Source of the DNA: Pirellulales bacterium | GTDB lineage: Bacteria > Planctomycetota > Planctomycetia > Pirellulales > JADZDJ01 | Assembly: GCA_035656635.1 (NCBI GenBank) | Contig: DASRSD010000099.1 | Location: 2 to 64,001, forward strand | DNA: 64,000 bases | Reading direction: 5' to 3' | Shown: positions 39,116-50,679 of the stretch, piece after piece | Layout of the letters: each line of letters opens with the position of its first letter | Position numbering within the stretch: the first letter of the stretch is position 1 | Translations under genes and position numbers: made by a program | The notes under the pieces: generated by a model | Seen by the model: the letters and a program-made list of their open reading frames with translations, nothing else | Told to the model about the DNA's origin: nothing | Database searches by the model: none

Positions 39116-42100
39116 TTAGCGTTTGTCGTTGTATGACTTTAGCGCCGGGCGACTCGTGATGTTGCCGCCAGGCGGCTGATTCAAGTACGTGAACAAGTTG
39201 GCGATATCATCCAACGTGAGCGTATTCAGCAAACCCTCGGGCATGACAGAAATTTTGCACGGCAAGACTTGATCAATATCGCCGGCAGCAATGGTGGCTT
39301 TCTGACCGTTGGATTGCAACACCACCAACGAGCCATCGGCCTGCTTCGCCGCCAAGCCGGTAATACTGCGGCCGTCTGTCGTGAGTACTGTTTTGCTTGC
39401 GTACTGATCGGAAATTACCAGCGATGGGAATAAAATCGATTCGAGAATTTCTTTCTTTTGGAAACGGCGGCTGACGGTGGTGAGATCCGGCCCTACGCCA
39501 TCGCCACGATCGCCAAAGCGGTGGCAGTTGATGCACTGCGATTTGGCAAACACTTTGGCGCCCAATTCGACATTGCCGTGCGCGCCTTCGGTGCCGGTCA
39601 GGAACGTGTACAGCTCTTCGTAGGTCCATTTGTTTTCGGCAGATTCAACCGGTAGCTTGGCTTCCGGCTCGTTGGGATATGTTTCGGCAAACCATTTCTG
39701 CCAGGCGGCCAGCGCCGTCTCGGCCTTGTCTTCTGGTGTACTCAGCTGTGTGCCGGTCCAACGTTCCAGCACCTTCACCGCATTTAAGCCGCCGTTTTCG
39801 CCTAATTTCAAGCCCCGCAAAATCACTTGCCGATACGGCTCTGGGTTATCAGGAGTTTGTTCGATGTGCGCCAGAGTAATTAGCACTTGCTGAGCGAATG
39901 CTCCTTCCACCACCGGCAACGATTGCACCAGCAGCGGCCAGTTTTCGGCGCTTGGAGTTTGCGTGATGGCCATGGCAATTTGACCGCGCCGCTCGGGGAA
40001 CTTGTCGAATGTCTCGTGCAAGTAAGTGCTGGCCTGCGGATCGTGCGAACGGCCCAGCACTGCCACAATTCCAATACCCAATTTATGGGCTGCGTCTCCA
40101 TCCATGACCGCAATTTGTTTATCGAGGGCAATAATTTGAGCGATGGTTTCTGGTGGCACGTCTTCAGGCAATTTCGCCAACAATGCCAATGCGGAAGCAG
40201 GCCATTTGGCGCCGTCGGCCAATACCAGGGCCCGTTCTTCCGGTGTGAAGTCGACGAAAAAATCGCGGGAAACGCTATCGATGTAACCATCGAAGCTATG
40301 TCCGCCTGAGAGCGCGCGAGCGCTTTCATAATACTTCAGCAGTTCCAGCTTTTGCCCTGTGCTCCAGCCGTGTAAGAACCTGGCGTACAACGCCACTTGC
40401 AATTTGTCGGCCGAGGGGCTGTCGGCAGCCAGTTGTTCCAGCATCCGCTGAGCGGCTGATTTACCTTGCAAAAACACGACCAACCGCACTAGTTCGCGGT
40501 TCAATTGAGCGTTGCGGGTGGGATACTCCTTAGCGATTTTCTCCGACAGCTCCGGCACATCCGATGGCTGCAGATTGCCCCGGGCCAGTGATAATTGCAT
40601 GACTCGCAGTATGTCGAGAAAATCGGGATCATTGACGAACCCGTCCATAACGGTTTCGCAGCGACGTAAAATGGCCAAGCAATTATCGTGAGTGGGATCC
40701 ATCACCAACATGGCCCGCGCGCCTTGCACGAACGTGCGGGTTTTATCGGTACTGAGAATCGCCGCACGATATTCATCTGTGGGCAAGGTTTCCAGCAGCC
40801 GAGTGGCAGCATAGGCAATGTAACGGTGGGTGCTGCTCAACAGCGGAGCTAGTTCTTCATACTTCGGCTTTTGTCCAGCCCGAACCATCGATTCACATGC
40901 CACTCGTTGCACCACCGGATCGCGATCGCGCAGCAATTGCGCCAGCTTGACGGCTGTATCGGCATCGGGATGCAAACCCATCAAGCTGGCTACTTTGGCG
41001 CGAATTGCGGCATCCGGGTCGCTTGCCAAGCGAGACAGCTGCGCCCCGGTAGGAAACGGGCCGAATAAATGCATGAGATCCAACGCCCGGCAGCGGTCTA
41101 AACTGGCCCCCAACGGATTCTCGGCAAGGGTATTGAGTTGCTCGTCCCACGTTTTGCCTAACTGCTGCTTAAGCAGGGCGATTTTTTGTCGGGCGAAGGC
41201 GCTATTCAGTTGCGGCTGATGCAAGGCTTGATCTATGCCCTGGCCTAAAGCTACCGCATCAGCCGGCACCTTGCCGCGCCAAACAATGCGGTACACGCCT
41301 CCTTCCGTGCCGCGGCCGCCGGTGCAGAAATACAGCCCGCCATCAGGGCCCACATCCAAGCCTGTAACATTCAGCGGCTTGCCGGCGGCGAAGGTTTCCA
41401 TTTCGGTTTGATACGTGCCATCTTTGGATTTCGGGTAAATCGCCAAAATTCGCCCGCGTGACCAATCTCCTATAAACAACGCATCATGATAACGCCGCGG
41501 GAACATCACGTGATTGTAAACTACTACGCCAGTCGGCGATCCGCGCCCCGTATCGGTCATCGTGGGCAGGCTATCAAAGTTGTAATCGGGCCACACGCTC
41601 CATCCGCTGCGCGAGCCGAACTCGCCGCCGGGAGTTACGTGCAAGCTCCGAGTGGGACGATACCAGGGAAGGCCCTCGTCCCATTCCATGTCTGAATCGG
41701 CCGTGAACAATTCGCCGGCGCGATTAAATGCCAAGCTGTAGCAATTGCGAAATCCGCCGGCAAACAATTCGGCAAAGCTGCCGTTAACATCGGTGCGTAC
41801 TACCGTGCCCCCCGGCGCCTTAATGCCGGCAGCATAACCATGCGGATCTTCGTATTTAGGAGTTATTAAATCGCCTTCGTAATAATCGTGCAGCGGGCTG
41901 GTCGATGCCGGCTGCTTGTCAACTTGAGTGTGGTTGCCAAGGATAACATACAGCAGACCGTCCGGCCCAAGCGTGACGCCATGCGGCCCATGCTCAACCG
42001 AATCGCCCGTGAACTTCAGCAGCGTGTCGCACTTGGCAGCGTGGCGGTCGCCATCGGTATCAGTAAGCCGATAAAGCCCTAACCCATCGGGGCCTTTCCC

Positions 42101-43030
42101 CACGGCGAACACTTGCCCGTTCAGCGCCAAAATTCCTTGGCAATTGGTAACTTGATCAGAAAAGACTTCCGGCTTGTCGAACTTGCCTTCGTGGTTAGGA
42201 TCGCGGAATAAGAGAATTCCGGAACCTTCCTTGGAGGCTAAGATTTCGCCGAACTCGTCGAAGGCCAGGGTTAAGAGCGAGCCGGTATCTTCGGGCGCTA
42301 AAACCGTTTCTACGCGAAACTCGGGCAACGTTTCAAAACGACCGGCAGGAGCGCCCCCCGCCATTTGTACATCGTCCAACCACGGTACCGCGGTTCCCAA
42401 GGGTCCTACCACGCGGGCCGGAAGCCATTGGGTATCGTTGTAGGAATGCTTGGACCATTGTGGAAATTCCTGCAAGCTGGTGCGCCAGGTATCGTCAGTG
42501 TTATAAGCCACATAAGTGCCGCCGACATCTTTGACCAACACACGCGCCACCAAGCCGGCGCTGCCCTCAGCTTTTACCGTGGCTTTTACGGCAACCGTAT
42601 TCCGGCCAGCGGAAAGATATTTGGTAATATCGTGCGACTTCATTACTCGCCAATTGTCTCCCTCTCCTGCCGGACGACCGTTTACATACAGTTCGTAGGC
42701 ATTGTCGCAGGAAATTTGCACCTCGCCGCTTTCGGGCTGACCCAACGGAAACGACTTGCGAAAGTAGCATACGCCGGGCGGAATTTTTTTCTCGACGGTT
42801 TGCGCCGGCGACCAAATCCATTTCATCTCTTGTTGCTGTTTATCTGGCTTTAAGTCAGTTTTGGCATTAGGGTTGGCGTCGACTTTGGGATCGGCTTTGC
42901 TTTGTGCGCCAGCTGGCTGCGCGGCCTGAATGAGCAGCAGGCCTATACCCAATGCCAAAGCCAGAAGAATGCCTTCAGACAACATTCGGAGTCTGTTTAC
43001 AAAGTTCTTCGGTGCATTAGCTAATTGCAT
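39116..43030 (-). CDS. giant membrane-bound-dehydrogenase-domain / HEAT-repeat / c-type haem-binding protein (PVC-type)
   Basis: ATG at 43030 then signal/TM; beta-propeller-like segment, long HEAT-like helical region, C-terminal CINCHRFGDRGDGVGPDL cytochrome c motif. Confidence 0.7.
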   Translation of the reverse strand: MQLANAPKNFVNRLRMLSEGILLALALGIGLLLIQAAQPAGAQSKADPKVDANPNAKTDLKPDKQQQEMKWIWSPAQTVEKKIPPGVCYFRKSFPLGQPESGEVQISCDNAYELYVNGRPAGEGDNWRVMKSHDITKYLSAGRNTVAVKATVKAEGSAGLVARVLVKDVGGTYVAYNTDDTWRTSLQEFPQWSKHSYNDTQWLPARVVGPLGTAVPWLDDVQMAGGAPAGRFETLPEFRVETVLAPEDTGSLLTLAFDEFGEILASKEGSGILLFRDPNHEGKFDKPEVFSDQVTNCQGILALNGQVFAVGKGPDGLGLYRLTDTDGDRHAAKCDTLLKFTGDSVEHGPHGVTLGPDGLLYVILGNHTQVDKQPASTSPLHDYYEGDLITPKYEDPHGYAAGIKAPGGTVVRTDVNGSFAELFAGGFRNCYSLAFNRAGELFTADSDMEWDEGLPWYRPTRSLHVTPGGEFGSRSGWSVWPDYNFDSLPTMTDTGRGSPTGVVVYNHVMFPRRYHDALFIGDWSRGRILAIYPKSKDGTYQTEMETFAAGKPLNVTGLDVGPDGGLYFCTGGRGTEGGVYRIVWRGKVPADAVALGQGIDQALHQPQLNSAFARQKIALLKQQLGKTWDEQLNTLAENPLGASLDRCRALDLMHLFGPFPTGAQLSRLASDPDAAIRAKVASLMGLHPDADTAVKLAQLLRDRDPVVQRVACESMVRAGQKPKYEELAPLLSSTHRYIAYAATRLLETLPTDEYRAAILSTDKTRTFVQGARAMLVMDPTHDNCLAILRRCETVMDGFVNDPDFLDILRVMQLSLARGNLQPSDVPELSEKIAKEYPTRNAQLNRELVRLVVFLQGKSAAQRMLEQLAADSPSADKLQVALYARFLHGWSTGQKLELLKYYESARALSGGHSFDGYIDSVSRDFFVDFTPEERALVLADGAKWPASALALLAKLPEDVPPETIAQIIALDKQIAVMDGDAAHKLGIGIVAVLGRSHDPQASTYLHETFDKFPERRGQIAMAITQTPSAENWPLLVQSLPVVEGAFAQQVLITLAHIEQTPDNPEPYRQVILRGLKLGENGGLNAVKVLERWTGTQLSTPEDKAETALAAWQKWFAETYPNEPEAKLPVESAENKWTYEELYTFLTGTEGAHGNVELGAKVFAKSQCINCHRFGDRGDGVGPDLTTVSRRFQKKEILESILFPSLVISDQYASKTVLTTDGRSITGLAAKQADGSLVVLQSNGQKATIAAGDIDQVLPCKISVMPEGLLNTLTLDDIANLFTYLNQPPGGNITSRPALKSYNDKR

Positions 43031-43370
43031 AACAATTCCCCGTCCGCCTAAATGGAGAGATTCAATAGCTTTGCGAAATGATGACGATGTTCGTGCAGAA
43101 TCCCCGTCGGGAATGAACTTGCGTGGGGAAACGCACCGCGCTTTCTGTTGGGCTGCACTGCTGCCACCCAAGCGGCGGAACATTAACGGGTTTTGGCAGC
43201 CCAAGCAACACGGATTCTGCCGCTAGCACACCGCCCAGTAGTCTGCTTGACCGCCTCCCAAGCCACGGTTTAGCATGCGGTTAAGCACTGGACGTAAAAT
43301 TGGCTTCGGTGCATAGTGGGCGGTTTATGTGGCCCTAGCTGGCATTGCCCAATCTGGAAGAGAACAACCC

Positions 43371-45329
43371 ATGACGGAACGAAGTTGGCTCGCCGCATTG
43401 CTAACAGTTGCCGGATGCGTATTCATTTGCGGCGATTTTAGTCCGCTGGCATATTCCGCCACGACCGGCGATAGTTCCGCTGCGGCCGCCAAGCCAGACG
43501 CTGCTTCTAATCCCCCGGCCACTCTGGCCGAATTGGATAAATCGGTAGAGTGGGTCGACAAGCCGGTCTACGATTCTTTGAAGCTATTGGCCGACGATTT
43601 GGTCCAACACCCCCCGCTCGTCAGCGCGGCTGAAGCGCTCAAGCTGAAAAACGACAGCCCGCAGAACAACGAAAAAATCATCAGCGCATTGGGCCGCTTG
43701 CCCGCCGGCGGCGAAAAGCCCGACGATCACGCCCGCATCATGCGGTACTTAATTGGCGACATCAACAGCGCCAATCCCGTCATGGAAGACACTATTTATG
43801 AAGCAACCGTACTGGCGCAGAGCAAGTTCGGCCTGATGATCTACAACTGGAAAATGCAGCCCAATTATTGCGATGCCGATACCACCGTTCGCTGGCAGCA
43901 AAGCAAAGACCATTTAATCGACAAAGTAACCATGCGGCGCGATTGCTTTTGGTCCGACGGCAAGCCGATCACCGCGCACGACATTGCCTTTTCGTTCCAC
44001 GCCATCATGAACGAAAAAATTCCCGTTCCCGCTATGCGTACCGACACTAGCAAGCTGCGCGACGTCGTCGCCTACGACGATTACACCGTCGTCTATTTCC
44101 ACAAGCAAGCGCTGGCCACGGGTGACGGGTACTTGAACTTCGGGATTATTCCCGAGCACATTTTTAAGCTGCTGTACGACAAGCTCAACCGTGGCATGAC
44201 GTTCGACGAGTTGCTACAGACCCCCGAATATCAACAGACGGAGCTGCATCCTGTTTCCGGCAATGCCTATGTCATGACCAACCGCATTCGCAACCAGGAA
44301 ATTGTCTTTAAGCGCCGCGACGATTGGTACCTGCAAAACGGCAGGCAGGTGCGGCAAAAACCATTCTTCGAGGAAATTCGCTTTGCCATTAAGGAAGATC
44401 CCAACACCGCGCTCTTGGATTTGAAGCGCGGCACCCTGGACGATTACGAAATTCAGCAGGCGCAATGGGCCAATCAAACCAATGATGCCGAGTTCTACCG
44501 CAAAAACACGAAAGCCTACGGCAGCGAATGGACCTATTTTTTCTTCGGTTGGAATAACGATTCCGATTCGGCCCCGTTCTTCCGCGACCGCCGTGTCCGC
44601 GAAGCCATGTCGTACGCCTTTGATTATCGCGAATTAATCGACAAAACTTTGTACGGCCTATGCCAGCAATGCACTGGCATTACCAATCCGGAAGCCTGGT
44701 ACGCGCCGAAAACGCCGCTGAAGCCGTACGTGCAGGATCTCGACAAAGCGGAAAAACTGCTCGACGAAGCTGGTTGGGTCGACAGTGACGGCGACGGCAT
44801 CCGCGACAAAATGGTCAACGGCCAACGCGTCAAATTCGAATTCAGCATGACCGTGAAAAACGATCCGGAACGGATCAAAATATGCGAAATCATGCAATTC
44901 AACCTGCAGCAACTGGGCATCACCTGCAACATCAAGCCCATGGAAGGCACACGCTTGTTCGAAAAGCTGTTGAAGCGCGAATTCGAAGCGGAATTCAGCG
45001 GCTGGGGCACCGGGACCGATCCGGCCGAAGACGAAAACGTTTGGGCCTCCACTGAAATACCCGACGAGGGCCGCAATTATTTGGCGTACAGAAATCTCGA
45101 GGTCGATAAACTGTTCCAACAGGGAATCGAGGAATTCGAACCCGCCAAACGCGCGGAAATTTACGCCAAAATTGACGAGTTGATTTATCACGATCAGCCA
45201 TGCACGTTTCTTTACTGGCGCAGCGCCTTCTACGGCTTTAACAAGCAATTGCGCGGGTACAAGTTCAGCCCGCGCGGACCGTACGATTACTCTCCTGGGT
45301 TCAGCAGCATTTGGATGACTGCCCAATAG
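43371..45329 (+). CDS. ABC transporter substrate-binding protein, peptide/nickel family 5 (OppA/DppA-like)
   Basis: ATG at 43371, signal peptide with Cys; family-5 SBP length and blocks; first gene of ABC operon. Confidence 0.8.
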   Translation: MTERSWLAALLTVAGCVFICGDFSPLAYSATTGDSSAAAAKPDAASNPPATLAELDKSVEWVDKPVYDSLKLLADDLVQHPPLVSAAEALKLKNDSPQNNEKIISALGRLPAGGEKPDDHARIMRYLIGDINSANPVMEDTIYEATVLAQSKFGLMIYNWKMQPNYCDADTTVRWQQSKDHLIDKVTMRRDCFWSDGKPITAHDIAFSFHAIMNEKIPVPAMRTDTSKLRDVVAYDDYTVVYFHKQALATGDGYLNFGIIPEHIFKLLYDKLNRGMTFDELLQTPEYQQTELHPVSGNAYVMTNRIRNQEIVFKRRDDWYLQNGRQVRQKPFFEEIRFAIKEDPNTALLDLKRGTLDDYEIQQAQWANQTNDAEFYRKNTKAYGSEWTYFFFGWNNDSDSAPFFRDRRVREAMSYAFDYRELIDKTLYGLCQQCTGITNPEAWYAPKTPLKPYVQDLDKAEKLLDEAGWVDSDGDGIRDKMVNGQRVKFEFSMTVKNDPERIKICEIMQFNLQQLGITCNIKPMEGTRLFEKLLKREFEAEFSGWGTGTDPAEDENVWASTEIPDEGRNYLAYRNLEVDKLFQQGIEEFEPAKRAEIYAKIDELIYHDQPCTFLYWRSAFYGFNKQLRGYKFSPRGPYDYSPGFSSIWMTAQ

Positions 45330-45374
45330 TTCGTTTTCCTGTGCGATTCCTTGTTCATCCGGCGTTAACCGTTC

Positions 45375-46367
45375 ATGTGGAATTATTTGGTCCGGCGACT
45401 GATTTTGGGAATTTTCACCCTCTGGGCGGTCACGTTTTTGGTGTACATGCTCATTCGCTGGATGCCGGGCGATCCGCTCTTGGCCCGCATGGAACAAATG
45501 TCGGCCGGGAAAAAAATTCGCGCCGAAGACCGGGAGCAGATGAAGAAAATCTATGGGCTCGATAAGCCTGCCGCTGTCGCCTACTTCGCCTGGCTGGGCA
45601 ATGTGCTGCAATTGAATTTGGGAAATAGCTTTTCGCGCTATCAGCCGGTCACGCAAGTCATTGGCGAACGGATTGGCCCCACGCTGCTCCTCTCTGGCAC
45701 GTCGCTGCTGCTGGGGTATTTGCTGGCCGTGCCAATGGGCTTGTATGCCACGGCTCGCGGCGGCAAGCTCGACGAGCGCGCACTCAGCGTCAGTTTATAC
45801 ATGCTGTACTCGCTTCCAGCATTTGTGGCGGCGTTGTATTTGCAGATGATTTTTGCTGTTAAGCTGCAAGGCACGTGGCTGGAATTGCCGCTGGACGGCA
45901 TGACCGGCGGAGGTTTTGATGGTTTTTCCATGTGGGGAAAAGCCTGGGATTTATTTCAGCACGCCTTGCTTCCCACAATTTGCATGACCTACGGCACGCT
46001 AGCCTACGACACGCGCTTCATTCAGGCCAACATGCAGGAAGTGCTCCGGCAAGATTACATTCGCACCGCGCGCGCCAAAGGCGTGTCGCGCACCAGGGTT
46101 ATCGTGCATCATGCCTTCCGCAACACGCTGATTCCGTTCGTCACCATGCTAGGACTGGAGTTACCTTTAGTGCTAAGTGGGGCAATCATCCTGGAGCAAA
46201 TTTTCACCTGGCCGGGCATGGGTCGGCTGTTTTTCGAAGCCATCCGCGAATACGACTATCCCACGATCATGGGCCTAGTGTTGTTGTTTTCTGTCCTGAC
46301 ATTGCTGGGGCAACTGTTGGCCGACATTTTATACGCCGTGGTCGATCCGCGCGTAACCTATTCATAA
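45375..46367 (+). CDS. ABC peptide transporter permease (OppB/DppB-like)
   Basis: MWNYLVRRLILGIFTLWAVTFLVY N-terminus; EAA-loop region DYIRTARAKGVSRTRVIVHHAFRN. Confidence 0.88.
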   Translation: MWNYLVRRLILGIFTLWAVTFLVYMLIRWMPGDPLLARMEQMSAGKKIRAEDREQMKKIYGLDKPAAVAYFAWLGNVLQLNLGNSFSRYQPVTQVIGERIGPTLLLSGTSLLLGYLLAVPMGLYATARGGKLDERALSVSLYMLYSLPAFVAALYLQMIFAVKLQGTWLELPLDGMTGGGFDGFSMWGKAWDLFQHALLPTICMTYGTLAYDTRFIQANMQEVLRQDYIRTARAKGVSRTRVIVHHAFRNTLIPFVTMLGLELPLVLSGAIILEQIFTWPGMGRLFFEAIREYDYPTIMGLVLLFSVLTLLGQLLADILYAVVDPRVTYS

Positions 46368-46474
46368 TCCAAAACAAATTCAAACTGCCTATACACGCAG
46401 GCGCGCCGTGGAAAGAACGAAGCCGAATCTTTTCCTGTCTTTCTCTGTGTCTGCGCTTCTCTGCAGTTAAAAAT

Positions 46475-47593
46475 ATGTCCACCGTTCCCACCGTTCCGCC
46501 GCTCGTCGATGAAAACATGCAGGCCGTACCGGCCAAATCGCGCGGTTTTTGGGGCGAAGCATGGCGGCGCTTTCGACGGCGAAAACTGGCGATGGCGGCG
46601 TTGGTGTTTGTCGGCTTTTTGTCGCTGGTTGGAATTTTTGCACCGGCCATTGTCGGCACCAAGCCGCTCATTTGTAAATACAAAGGCAAAATCTATTTTC
46701 CCGCGCTCGGATATTTGAACAGCGATTGGGAAGATCAAGCGCTGGCGATTAAAGAAATGCGCTTGATGTACGCCACGAATTTGAAAAAGAAAGACCCCGA
46801 CAGTTGGGCGATTTGGCCGCTTATTTATCAGGACCCATTCCGCCGTGTCCGCGACGACGAATGGGACAACCGCCCCGGCAATCCCTCAGGTGCCGACGGC
46901 ATCCCCAACCGATTCAATTTATTTGGGACCACCGACAATGGCTACGACGTGTTCGCCATCATGGTGCACGGCACCCGCACCGCAATGCTGGTCGGTTTTG
47001 TGTCGATGGGCATTGCGGCACTCATCGGCATTGTGTTGGGTTCGCTGGCCGGATATTTTCGGGGTCCGATCGACTCCGCCATTAGCCGGCTGATTGAAGT
47101 GGTGTTGTGCATTCCCACGCTGGTGTTGATTTTGGCTTTGGTCAGTCTGCTGGAAAAGCCAACCATTTGGGACACCATGGCGATCATCGGCTGCACGCAG
47201 TGGACTAGCATCGCCCGGTTGGCAAGGGCCGAATTTTTGAAGCTGCGCGAAAGTGAATTTGTGATGTCTGCCCGGGCACTGGGTGTGCGTCCGGGGCGTA
47301 TTATTTTCCGTCACGTCCTGCCCAACGCGCTTGCACCAGTGCTCGTGCCCATTACATTCGGCATTGCCGGAGCAATCTTGATTGAAAGCGCGCTAAGTTA
47401 TCTGGGTTTTGGCCCGCCGCCGCCCAATCCCGATTGGGGCGATTTGCTGTCGCAAGGACGTGCCAACATGCAAATGTGGTGGCTGATTTTGTTCCCTGGT
47501 CTAGCTATTTTCTTTACCGTGCTAGCTTACAACCTGATTGGCGAAGGCCTGCAAGAAGCGACCGATCCCCGCCTGCGCGAAGCAGGAAAATAA
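46475..47593 (+). CDS. ABC peptide transporter permease (OppC/DppC-like)
   Basis: In-frame ATG at 46475 of ORF 45932..47593; FWGEAWRRFRRRKLAMAALVF; EFVMSARALGVRPGRIIFRHVLPN. Confidence 0.85.
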   Translation: MSTVPTVPPLVDENMQAVPAKSRGFWGEAWRRFRRRKLAMAALVFVGFLSLVGIFAPAIVGTKPLICKYKGKIYFPALGYLNSDWEDQALAIKEMRLMYATNLKKKDPDSWAIWPLIYQDPFRRVRDDEWDNRPGNPSGADGIPNRFNLFGTTDNGYDVFAIMVHGTRTAMLVGFVSMGIAALIGIVLGSLAGYFRGPIDSAISRLIEVVLCIPTLVLILALVSLLEKPTIWDTMAIIGCTQWTSIARLARAEFLKLRESEFVMSARALGVRPGRIIFRHVLPNALAPVLVPITFGIAGAILIESALSYLGFGPPPPNPDWGDLLSQGRANMQMWWLILFPGLAIFFTVLAYNLIGEGLQEATDPRLREAGK

Positions 47594-47599
47594 ACAATC

Positions 47600-48673
47600 A
47601 TGCGATCCTCTGCGTCCCTTGTGGTAAATCAAACCTTTACTATGCCTCCTCTGGTGCAAATCGAAAACCTCCGCACGTGGTTTTACACCGACGAGGGCGT
47701 GGTCCGCGCGGTGGACGATGTTTCGTTAACCATTCCCCGCGGCAAAACTTTGGGCGTGGTGGGCGAAAGCGGTTGTGGCAAAAGCGTTACGGCCCTGTCC
47801 ATCATGCGGCTGGTATCATCGCCGGGTCACATTGCCGGCGGGCGAATTGTTTTGCACGACAATGGTCAACCGCTGGTGCTGTCTGAATTAACCGACCGGG
47901 AAATGCGGCGCATTCGCGGCGGAAAAATCTCCATGATTTTTCAAGAGCCCATGACGTCGCTCAATCCAGTGTTCACCATCGGTGCACAAATTGCCGAGGC
48001 CGTGCGGCTGCATCAAAAAGCCAGCGCCGCCGAAGCGCGCCGCCGCGCAATCGACATGCTCCGCAAAGTCGATATTCCCGCGCCGGAAAAGCGGGTCGAT
48101 GAATACCCGCACCAGTTTTCCGGCGGTATGCGGCAACGGGCGATGATTGCCATGGCCCTCTCGTGTAATCCACAACTGTTGATTGCCGACGAGCCAACCA
48201 CCGCCCTGGACGTCACGATTCAAGCCCAAATTCTCGATCTGTTGCGCTCCTTGCAGCGAGAATTTGGTATGTCGATTTTGATGATCACGCATGATCTGGG
48301 CATTGTGGCCGAAATGGCGGACGACGTGGCGGTGATGTATGCCTCCAAGGTTGTGGAATACGCTCCTGTGCAGGAGCTGTTTGCTCATCCACTGCATCCG
48401 TACACCGTGGGACTATTCCAATCGCGGCCCGAAGCTGGCAAGACAAACTCCCCTACTATTCCACGCAATGGACAACGATTGCGAACCATTCCCGGCATGG
48501 TGCCTAGCCCATTGTATTTTCCCAGTGGTTGCAAATTTCATCCACGTTGCCCGTTCAATGATGGCCAGCGTTGTACGGCAGAAGAGCCCGAACTCCGCGA
48601 AATTACTCCGGGCCACTTTGCCCGCTGCCACTTTGCGGGTCAGTTGGATTTTTCCAAAGGAGGCTGGAAATAA
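47600..48673 (+). CDS. ABC peptide transporter ATP-binding protein (OppD/DppD-like)
   Basis: GESGCGKS Walker A, FSGGMRQR signature, [12 protein letters not shown] Walker B; alternative start 47642. Confidence 0.9.
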   Translation: MRSSASLVVNQTFTMPPLVQIENLRTWFYTDEGVVRAVDDVSLTIPRGKTLGVVGESGCGKSVTALSIMRLVSSPGHIAGGRIVLHDNGQPLVLSELTDREMRRIRGGKISMIFQEPMTSLNPVFTIGAQIAEAVRLHQKASAAEARRRAIDMLRKVDIPAPEKRVDEYPHQFSGGMRQRAMIAMALSCNPQLLIADEPTTALDVTIQAQILDLLRSLQREFGMSILMITHDLGIVAEMADDVAVMYASKVVEYAPVQELFAHPLHPYTVGLFQSRPEAGKTNSPTIPRNGQRLRTIPGMVPSPLYFPSGCKFHPRCPFNDGQRCTAEEPELREITPGHFARCHFAGQLDFSKGGWK

Positions 48674-48675
48674 TC

Positions 48676-49782
48676 GTGGCGGGTCCCTTGCTACAAGTCG
48701 AAAACCTGCAGCAGCACTTTCCAGTGCGCAAAGGAGTATTGCGAACGGTGGCAGGGTATGTCCGGGCGGTCGACGGAATCTCGTTTGAAATTGCCGAGGG
48801 AGAAACGCTGGGACTGGTGGGCGAAAGCGGCTGCGGAAAAACCACGGCCGGCCGAACATTGCTGAAATTGCTGAAGCCCACCAACGGGCGTATCCACTTT
48901 GCCGGCCGCGACATTACCCGGTTGCACGGGGCCGGTTTGCGCAGCCTTCGGCGCGACATGCAAATTGTGTTTCAAGATCCGTACGGCTCGCTCAATCCGC
49001 GCATGACAGTCCGTAGCATTGTCGAAGAAGGCTTGGTCGTGCACGGCCTGGGGAATCGGCGGCAACGGCTGAACCGAGTAATTGAATCACTAGAAGAAAC
49101 GGGGCTCGATCGCCGCTACCTGAACCGGTATCCCCACGAGTTTTCCGGGGGGCAGCGGCAGCGGATTAGCATTGCCCGGGCGTTGGCCTTGAAGCCGCGG
49201 TTTGTGGTGTTGGACGAACCGATTTCAGCGCTCGATGTTTCGATTCAATCGCAGATTATCAATCTGCTGGTGCAGTTACGTGAAGAGTTAAAGCTGACGT
49301 ACTTATTCATTTCGCACGATTTGTCGGTGGTGGAATACATCAGCGACCGAGTAGCGGTAATGTACTTGGGCGAAATTGTGGAGTTGGCCGGCAGCTACGA
49401 ACTGTATCGGAATCCGTTGCATCCCTATACTCACTCGCTGCTGTCCAGTATCCCGTCGATGGATCCCGGACGCCGGCGGAAACGAATTTTACTGCAGGGA
49501 GACGTGCCCAGTCCGATCAATCCGCCGTCAGGCTGCCGGTTTCATCCTCGATGTCCCTTGGCCATGGACGTATGCCGCACGACTCCGCCGCGGGAGCTGA
49601 AGTTGGCAACTGCCGCCGTCGCTGAACCGAATTCATCCAGGGCAACAAATGGTTTGGATCACGTGCACCTGGTGCGCTGCCATGCCGTGGAACAGGAACT
49701 GGAGCGGGGCCAAACGGATACAGCTCAAATCAGCCGAACGATTCGTGAACAAATGGCTAACAAGCAACCGGCGACAAATTGA
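48676..49782 (+). CDS. ABC peptide transporter ATP-binding protein (OppF/DppF-like)
   Basis: GTG at 48676, 3 nt after oppD-like stop; [28 protein letters not shown]; Cys-containing oligopeptide C-terminal domain. Confidence 0.88.
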   Translation: MAGPLLQVENLQQHFPVRKGVLRTVAGYVRAVDGISFEIAEGETLGLVGESGCGKTTAGRTLLKLLKPTNGRIHFAGRDITRLHGAGLRSLRRDMQIVFQDPYGSLNPRMTVRSIVEEGLVVHGLGNRRQRLNRVIESLEETGLDRRYLNRYPHEFSGGQRQRISIARALALKPRFVVLDEPISALDVSIQSQIINLLVQLREELKLTYLFISHDLSVVEYISDRVAVMYLGEIVELAGSYELYRNPLHPYTHSLLSSIPSMDPGRRRKRILLQGDVPSPINPPSGCRFHPRCPLAMDVCRTTPPRELKLATAAVAEPNSSRATNGLDHVHLVRCHAVEQELERGQTDTAQISRTIREQMANKQPATN

Positions 49783-49797
49783 ATTACACCCGGTCAA

Positions 49798-50679
49798 TTA
49801 GCGATCATCACTGGGCATGTGCCATGTTCGTTTGGGCAGTGCGATTTTTCGAGAAAACTGTGCCGCGGATGCCTTGGGTGGGGAATCGGCGGCCAGCAGT
49901 TGATCGACCATCGCCTGAGTATCGGTCGCCACGGCAGATAGTCGTAGATTCCAAAGCGAGTGATATACTCCTGTCGAATCGAACAAGTATCCCGGAAAAC
50001 ATATCAAAATGGCGCCGGCGATGCTGTTGTTCAAATCGGTATTTGGCGTAACGCCGCGCAAATGTGCATCGAACGTGGCGCGAAGCGAAGTCGCAATCAA
50101 ATGCCAAGCTCGTGCCCGCACTTGTGGTTGATGGGAACGATCAAAATCTCGGGAAAATTCCTCTGTTCGAGCAGCATCGTGGGCAAATGATGCCGCATGG
50201 ATTAGCGAACCCAAACTACCCAACAGCAAATCGGTCCATCGTTCGGTCAGACGGCGCAAATGGTTTAGGCCGCCTCCATTTTCCGCGTTTTGCGGATTAT
50301 ATGAGATCAGGTTGAGCACGCGGTTCGAAGCTTCCAAATGTCCTGCCATCACGCTGGCCGCCACCGGTTGCGCTTCGCTGCTGCCCGCAACATAATCCAT
50401 CGCTGTCAAGATGCTCGACCACACGCGCGTAAGCATTTCGCTGACGAGAATTTCTGCACACACCGCTTGCAAATTACGGACACCGACAGTTTCTTCCGTA
50501 CAGCTCGCCGACGGCGGTTGCACTTCACGCAGTGTTCGGTTCCAGCGGTCTAACCGGCATTTGGAGACGGTCCAGTATTGAGCTAGCGCAGCAGTGGGAA
50601 CTTGCCGTACGCTACCAATTAGTACGGGCCCTTGTGAGGCAACAAACACGGCTAGGTCGATCAGCTCGCGGGCGTGCAT
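49798..50679 (-). CDS. hypothetical all-helical protein
   Basis: ATG at 50679 (MHARELIDLAVF...); no family recognised; convergent with ABC operon. Confidence 0.5.
   Translation of the reverse strand: MHARELIDLAVFVASQGPVLIGSVRQVPTAALAQYWTVSKCRLDRWNRTLREVQPPSASCTEETVGVRNLQAVCAEILVSEMLTRVWSSILTAMDYVAGSSEAQPVAASVMAGHLEASNRVLNLISYNPQNAENGGGLNHLRRLTERWTDLLLGSLGSLIHAASFAHDAARTEEFSRDFDRSHQPQVRARAWHLIATSLRATFDAHLRGVTPNTDLNNSIAGAILICFPGYLFDSTGVYHSLWNLRLSAVATDTQAMVDQLLAADSPPKASAAQFSRKIALPKRTWHMPSDDR

Noticed and set aside
44658-45656. 332-aa ORF antisense to the substrate-binding protein and permease genes
   Set aside because: It crosses a gene boundary, has no recognisable motifs and has skewed composition. 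The sense-strand ABC genes are clearly homologous to known families.
45932-46474. N-terminal 181 codons of ORF 45932..47593 overlapping the oppB-like gene
   Set aside because: The overlap lies out of frame with a clearly real permease and is His/Arg/Ser-rich. A good internal ATG at 46475 begins a typical OppC N-terminus.
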